From NCBI GenBank assembly GCA_000934665.2, contig KZ538004.1, positions 124,001 to 175,681 on the forward strand: a DNA stretch of 51,681 nt. Reading direction: 5' to 3'. This DNA comes from Catajapyx aquilonaris. Lineage: Eukaryota. The notes below the pieces were generated by a model. The model was not told the origin of the DNA, did no database searches, and worked only from the letters and a program-made list of their open reading frames with translations. Within the stretch, counting starts at the first letter, position 1, and every line of letters starts with the position of its first letter. The position numbers and the translations under genes are program-made. Below, piece by piece: positions 49,206-51,681 of the stretch.

Positions 49206-50249
49206 GGGGGGGGGAGAAGGGATAACCTAACTCTGCTCTTTCGTTTTTTCCAATGAAAATTTTGGGTTTTCCCGTTGTTGTTTTTTTTTTACAAAGATTC
49301 GGTTTTTAATAGAAAATATGTATACATTATTTTTCAAATATTTAACGCATAAAATAATGAGATCAAAGCTCCCACAATCATAAAATATTTCAATTTTTGT
49401 GATGTAGGCTATGCTAACTTATACAGAAATGGAAAAACTAATCTCCAGTTCTGGACATCAGTAGGCCTATCAAGCACTAGTGCTTGTGTCTCCATTTTCT
49501 TTGCTAGAATCAGATTCCACCGTAGTAAAAGGGCAACAAAGCTGGGGGTTTTTTTCTGGGTTTTAAAATTACTTTTCACCGTGACCCATTTCTTTTTCCC
49601 ATGTAACGTAATGTCGACTATGGAGTTTGACTACAACTTGTACTATAATTATTATCACATGCATACATTTTACTGGTATTTGTACCTAGAATATTTTACG
49701 CTCTTTGTGTATAATTCATCCAATTCGAATTGGATGAATTATACACAAAGAGCGTAAAATATTCTAGGTACAACTGGCAAAACTCTTTGGGATCCCAAAG
49801 AGTTTTGCCAGTTGTAATTTGCATGCATTTTGCTGTCCTTTTAAGCATTTTCATTTGAAGGAAATAACTGGCAGATGCCGCAGATGTCATTAAACTGGAT
49901 GGATGTAATATTTTGGATGATTTTGGATGTCTAAATTTTGAGCATGTTGACGAAAGCAACCTGCGTGTAGCGGAATCGCACTGGCCCTTACATTTTCCGC
50001 AACTGACAGGTGTCCGCTATCTTAGGCGTATACCGCGAATTCATGTCCTGCCCACATGCCTTGCCGATTCTCAGAAAAATTCCGCAACGGACAGGTTTCC
50101 GTTATACGCGGGATCCGTTATGGACAGGTTCCACTGTTAATACGGAAATGCTGTAGGTCTTATGGAGTACTTTCGGCATTCTCACCCTCTAATTAGGAAT
50201 TCTCGGCTGACCCAGTGTGGCTCTCGCAAGACCCGCAAAGCTTTGCTTT

Positions 50250-51180
50250 ACGAAATAGGTTACTCCCTCCGCGCATGTTGGCCAGTTCCGCAGGTTAGCC
50301 TGTTATTCCGCCGGGTGCCGGCCTTCGGGTTACGTTATACTCCCGCCGGCTATTCCCTCCGGTTTCTAACCTAACCTAACTTTTCGTTCTCAGTTGGAAT
50401 TTCTGTAGTGGGAAACCTAATCTGTCCTGCGACTGACTCTACAGATAGGTAAGGTTAGGTTACTCCCGCCGCGGCGGGAGTAACCTAACCTAACCTTTCA
50501 TTACCCTGGCTTTCATACTAACAGTTAAACCTGTCCATAACGGAAACCTTTGGTCAGTCCCGCCGCGGCGGGAGTAACCTGACGCAACCTATCTGGAGAG
50601 TCGTAGAAAAGGTTAGGTTTGCCACGCCAGAAATTCCATCCGAGAACGAAAAGTTGTTACAAACCGGCGGGAGTAGGCGACGGGAGTAACCTAACGACCC
50701 TAGCGAGGTCCGTTATGGACAGGTTATGCCGGGAAAGAAAGGTTAGGTTAGGTTACTCCCGCCAGTCGGTCCTCAGAACTCCATCTGAAATACTTGCGAA
50801 TGTAATATTAGGTTAGGTTAGGTTACTCCCGCCGCGGCGAGAGTAACCTAACCTAACATTAAATTCATGAGTCTTTCGTTATTCATTCTCCATGAGTCAT
50901 TAGGTTACTCCCGCCGTCAGGACCCCAACTCCATCTGAAATCCTCGCGAATGTAAAGTTAGGTTAGGTTATACCGCCGCGGCGGGAGTAACGCAACTTTA
51001 CATGCGTGAGGCTTTCAGATGGAGTTCTGGCGTCCAGCCGGCGGGAGTAATGTAACTTAACTTTACATTCCAAGGGCTTTCATATTAAGTTAAACCTGTC
51101 CATAAGGGATCACGTGTATAACGGACAACTTGGGTTACTCCCGCCGCGGCGGGAGTGGAGTAACCTAACCTAACATTACA
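50250..51180. repeat. Composite repeat array of palindromic GGTTACTCCCGCCGCGGCGGGAGTAACC units with TTAGG/CCTAA runs and Tigger-like end motifs
   Basis: About a dozen full or half units; a perfect 40-bp palindrome at 50452-50491; AACCTGTCCATAA motifs near 50528, 50712 (reverse) and 51094. Confidence 0.85.
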
Positions 51181-51681
51181 TTCACGTAGATAGTTCCTGA
51201 TGATGGAGTACTGACTGGCCCCATACATTGCACATTTGCAGCGAAGTACAAGAATAATCGACCAAGCGACTCCCCTCTCCATGTCCCAGACACGTGCAGG
51301 GCCTCATGGCATGCATCCATAGCGCCAGCGCCATCTCTGAGGAGAACCAAGAGTTAGGTTTGCCCCGCGGCCTCACACTCCATCTGGTAGAATGAGATGG
51401 GAAAGCGGGGTAAAAACCTAACTTTTCTATCAGCTCTATTATTATTTTCACTTCCACTAGAGCGAAAAGGTTGCCAGGAGACGGAGATGATGACAGTGTC
51501 TCCACGGTTACTGGGTATGCAGAGGCGGGAGGGAAACTTCTCGGCCTATTGGCCACATGGCCGAGAAGGAATCATTTTAATCCCAATTTGGATTAAACAA
51601 TTCCCTGGGATGCTGGGAAGGAGGTTTTTCGATTGTTTTTTGATTTGTTTCTGTCCTCTCCTCCTGGAAGGAGAGGTGGGC

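Noticed and set aside
50250..51180. CRISPR-like repeat-spacer array or true telomere
   Set aside because: Eukaryotic context, no cas genes, spacers are themselves repeated and of irregular length; TTAGG runs are only 2-3 units in both orientations and internal.
44607..51681. Further TMEM104 exons (expected G-x-MA-x-FF...)
   Set aside because: No matching exon found by eye; presumably beyond the window or in the N gap.

Overview
Eukaryotic (invertebrate metazoan, probably a non-dipteran arthropod - inference) genomic window, not prokaryotic. Three spliced protein-coding genes can be reconstructed. (1) A small FAM104/VCF-like gene on the minus strand (3 coding exons, 7456->64), which appears in the ORF track only as unjoined fragments. 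(2) A complete cytoplasmic actin gene on the minus strand (4 coding exons, 16375->15037) with an unusual Met-Gly-Asp N-terminus. Its 5' side is a ~10 kb CpG-retaining, transposon-poor domain holding seven perfect CArG (SRF) boxes. (3) The 5' part of TMEM104 (SLC38A12) on the plus strand (39655->44606, continuing beyond the window). The rest is dense with repeats: at least four tRNA-derived SINE families (one V-domain SINE, one with co-varying hairpins and swappable tails) and Tc1/mariner, pogo/Tigger, hAT, piggyBac-type and Harbinger remnants. There are also many long fold-back (palindromic) elements, a TSD-less AAA|TTT (Spy-like) insertion, multi-level nested insertions, and an array near the window end of palindromic units flanked by telomere-like TTAGG/CCTAA runs. 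All calls come from manual reading; no database search was run. No clearly novel coding system was found; the most unusual signals are non-coding structures.
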